This document shows positions 53,476-64,000 of a stretch of DNA of 64,000 nt, piece after piece. The position numbers and the translations under genes were made by a program. Numbering within the stretch: position 1 is the first letter of the stretch; each line of letters begins with the position of its first letter. Origin of the DNA: the human T2T-CHM13v2.0 reference genome, Homo sapiens; NCBI RefSeq assembly GCF_009914755.1, contig NC_060925.1; one strand, given 5' to 3'. The notes under the pieces are model-generated. The model did no database searches and was not told the origin of the DNA. It saw only the letters and a program-made list of their open reading frames with translations.

Positions 53476-55520
53476 CTCCAGCTGGATTTTGAGGGGAATG
53501 TGACAAATTGATTCTGAAATGAACAAAGAATAGCTAAGACGCAAATAACTAAACTAATTTTGAGAAAGAAGAGCAAAGATAGAGGACTTTTTCTACCAAA
53601 TATTAAGATAAATCAATCACATTCACAGAAATAAAAACAATTTAATACTGCCACAAGAACAGATAGGCCAGGGGCCGTGGTTCATGCCTGTAATCCCAGC
53701 ACTATCAGACGGAGGCCGAGGCAGGTGGATCACCTGAGGTCAGGAGTTCGACACCAGCCTGGCCAACATGGTGAAACCCCATCTCTACTAAAAATACAAA
53801 AATTAGCCACGTGTGGTGACTCCAGCCTGGGCAACTCCAGCCTGCACTCCAGCCTGGATGACAAGAGCAAAACTCCATCTGAAGAAAAAAAAAAAAAGAA
53901 CAAATAGATCAATAGATCAGTAGAACAAAATAAGGAGCCCCGAAACAAACCCATGTGCATATTGAAACTTCATATATCATAGAAATGGCATCTTTAATCA
54001 ATGAAGAAAGAAGGATAGATTTTTTTTTTTTTTTTAGTGAATGACGTTGGGGGAGCTAGTACATGGAGAAAAACCCAGTTGTATTCCTGCCTCATACCAT
54101 ATACAAATGTTAACTGTAATGGATTACTTCCATCTGAAATGGAAATCAGTGAAGATAAGGAAAGTAGAGAAGAATATCTTTGTGACTTTGAAATGGAGGT
54201 GTTAGTAAGAAAGGCCTGAAAATCTTACCATAAAGGGGGAAATTTGTGGATTTAAATACAAAAACAAAAACACGCACAAAAAAACACCAGGGTTTCTTTT
54301 CAAAGAAGACTATCATAAATAAAGTTAGGGGGCAAGTGATAGCCTAGAAGAGTATATTTGCCACCTATGCAACTCAGGAATTGTTATGTAGAATATACAG
54401 AGAAATTCTGTAGATCAAGAAGCAAAAGACGTGAAGTCCAATAGAAAACTACATGATATAGTTTGGATGTGCATCCATGCCCATGAAATGTAATCCCCAG
54501 TGTTGGATGTGGGGCCTGGCAGGAAGTGCCCCTGGATCATGGGGGCAGATTTCTCACCAATGGTTTAGCACCATCCTCTTGGTGCCGTCCTCATGATAGC
54601 GACTGAGTTCTCACAAGACCTACTCATTTAAAAGTGTGTGGCACCTCCCTCTCTCTCTTGCCCCTGATCCCACCATGTGAGATGCCTGCTCCCTTTTCAC
54701 CTTCCACCATGACCAAAAGCTTCCTGAGGCCTCCCCAGAAACAGATGCCTTTGTTATGCTTCCTGTAGAGCCTGCAGAACCATTAGCCAGTTAAACTTCT
54801 TTTCTTTATAAATTACCCAGTCTCAGGTATTTCTTTATAGCAATGCAAGAACAGCTAATACACTAGATGAAGGATAAAATAGGCAAATCACAGAAGAAGG
54901 AATCTGAATGCCTAGTGAATCTATAAAAAGATTCTCAAACTCTCTAGTGAGAAAAAAATTCAAGTTAAAATAACAATAAGATACCACTTCACAGAAATTT
55001 AAAGGCTTAGTAATGTCAAGAATTCATAAGAATTGGGAGGATGGGGTAATCTTGGACTGCAAACTAAGGAAGCCACACTGGAAAGTGACTTGCCAGTATT
55101 TATGCAACTTAATATGTTCCAGAAATCTCACTCCAAGGAAACTTGCACACAGGTATTCATGAGAACAGATATGAGAATGTGCATCTCAGCATTGTTTGTA
55201 GTGGCAGAAGCCTGGAAAAACATGGGACATGATAGGCAGGGACAGAACTCCATCATATGTGATATATGTATTCAATTGAAAACTGGGCAGTGGTCAGAAT
55301 TAATGGACCAGACATACATTCAGCTATCTAGCTACCTCTTGAAGACATAGTGTCAAGTGGGAAAATATAGAAAACAAAACAAAATCTGTATCAAAGTACC
55401 AGTGTAAATTTAAAACACTCTAAGCAATACATAATTTCCAAGCATACTGGTGATGCCTGTGAGAGAGACAGAAAAAATCAGAATGGGCATTAGGAATAAA
55501 GAGAAAAAAGAAGGCCTTAT
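53476..55520 (+). mobile_element. Highly diverged L1M/L1ME ORF2-3' fragment (upstream part about 51270-51570), with Alu 53667-53899 and MST MaLR LTR 54454-54862
   Basis: L1 ORF2-like AAAGAATAGCTAAGAC..TTGAGAAAGAAGAGCAAAG; MST TGATATAGTTTGG..GCTAATACA with TSD CTACA/CTAGA. Confidence 0.75.
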
Positions 55521-55599
55521 ATAGACCTGTGATACCAGAGCATAATCAATGCTATTCTTTCAGTTGCTTATGGGAACTAAAATTAAACAGAACAAATTT

Positions 55600-57655
<2,056 letters not shown>

Positions 57656-57659
57656 GGAA

Positions 57660-58900
<1,241 letters not shown>

Positions 58901-59269
58901 ATCTTGGTGCTCGCTCTCTCTCCCTCCCTCTCTCTCTTTTAATTTTATTTCCCAGGAATCATACTTCTAAACTAAGTTTGGGAGGTGCCCTCAGATATCT
59001 TTATTAAGGTGGCAGCCCTCAGATTTCTTAAAAAAGGAAATCTTGTATGTTTTGTTCACTGCTATATTTCCAAAGCTTAAGAGAGTTCCTGGCACTCAAA
59101 AAGAATTTGTTGAGTGAGTGACTAAATGACTTCAACTCTGTGGAGTTGGGAAGACACAGGAGAGGAAGAGAAAGAAGAAATAAGAGGATGAAAAGGTGGA
59201 GCAAGGGAACAGTAGTTAAGGTTATAAAGTAAGTCATCAGTCAGTCTGCACACTTTAGCCTCATAAATA

Positions 59270-59407
59270 TTATCCAAAACATTTGTATTAATTGATATAA
59301 TCAACACTGTGAAACTTTCAGGATCATGATACTCTTGCTTATCCAAAACATTTGTATTAATTGATATAATCAACACTGTGAAACTTTCAGGATCATGATA
59401 CTCTTGC
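59270..59407. repeat. Perfect 69-bp tandem duplication
   Basis: TTATCCAAAACATTTGTATTAATTGATATAATCAACACTGTGAAACTTTCAGGATCATGATACTCTTGC at 59270-59338 and 59339-59407. Confidence 0.97.
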
Positions 59408-59428
59408 TAGTATATTAAACATATCTTC

Positions 59429-62115
<2,687 letters not shown>

Positions 62116-62164
62116 ATTGAGAACGGAGAATTTTTGTACAGTATTTCCCATATTCCTTTGGGAT

Positions 62165-64000
<1,836 letters not shown>

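Noticed and set aside
59122-59376. ORF with repeated peptide LIISINTNVLD
   Set aside because: An artefact of the in-frame 69-bp DNA duplication.

Overview
Gene-free, repeat-saturated human genomic DNA. The human assignment rests on one AluYa5 and one AluYd8, each carrying its subfamily diagnostic positions. No intact protein-coding gene is supported: the ORF track is Alu, L1, LTR and pseudogene read-through. Three retrocopies are present: a full-length GM2A processed pseudogene (+, about 500-3507), a U6 snRNA pseudogene (-, 26974-27075) and a cytochrome c (CYCS) processed pseudogene (-, about 51873-53472). From memory, this order fits the FMO4-PRRC2C interval at 1q24.3 (GM2AP2, an RNU6 pseudogene, CYCSP53); I could not verify this. 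The rest is deeply nested transposable elements: an old L1MA (about 8990-27615) containing a full-length L1PB1, about 20 solo ERV/MaLR LTRs (eleven of them in 26.5-41.1 kb), a 5'-inverted L1PA, DNA transposons and dozens of Alus. I found no convincing new biological system. The best leads are: (1) two pseudogenes that preserve ancestral GM2A and cytochrome c protein states, (2) a probable ancient L1 3' transduction, (3) a dense solo-LTR cluster that may be regulatory, (4) young, possibly polymorphic insertions and a perfect 69-bp duplication. Repeat subfamily names and reference proteins come from recalled sequences and need RepeatMasker/Dfam and database confirmation.
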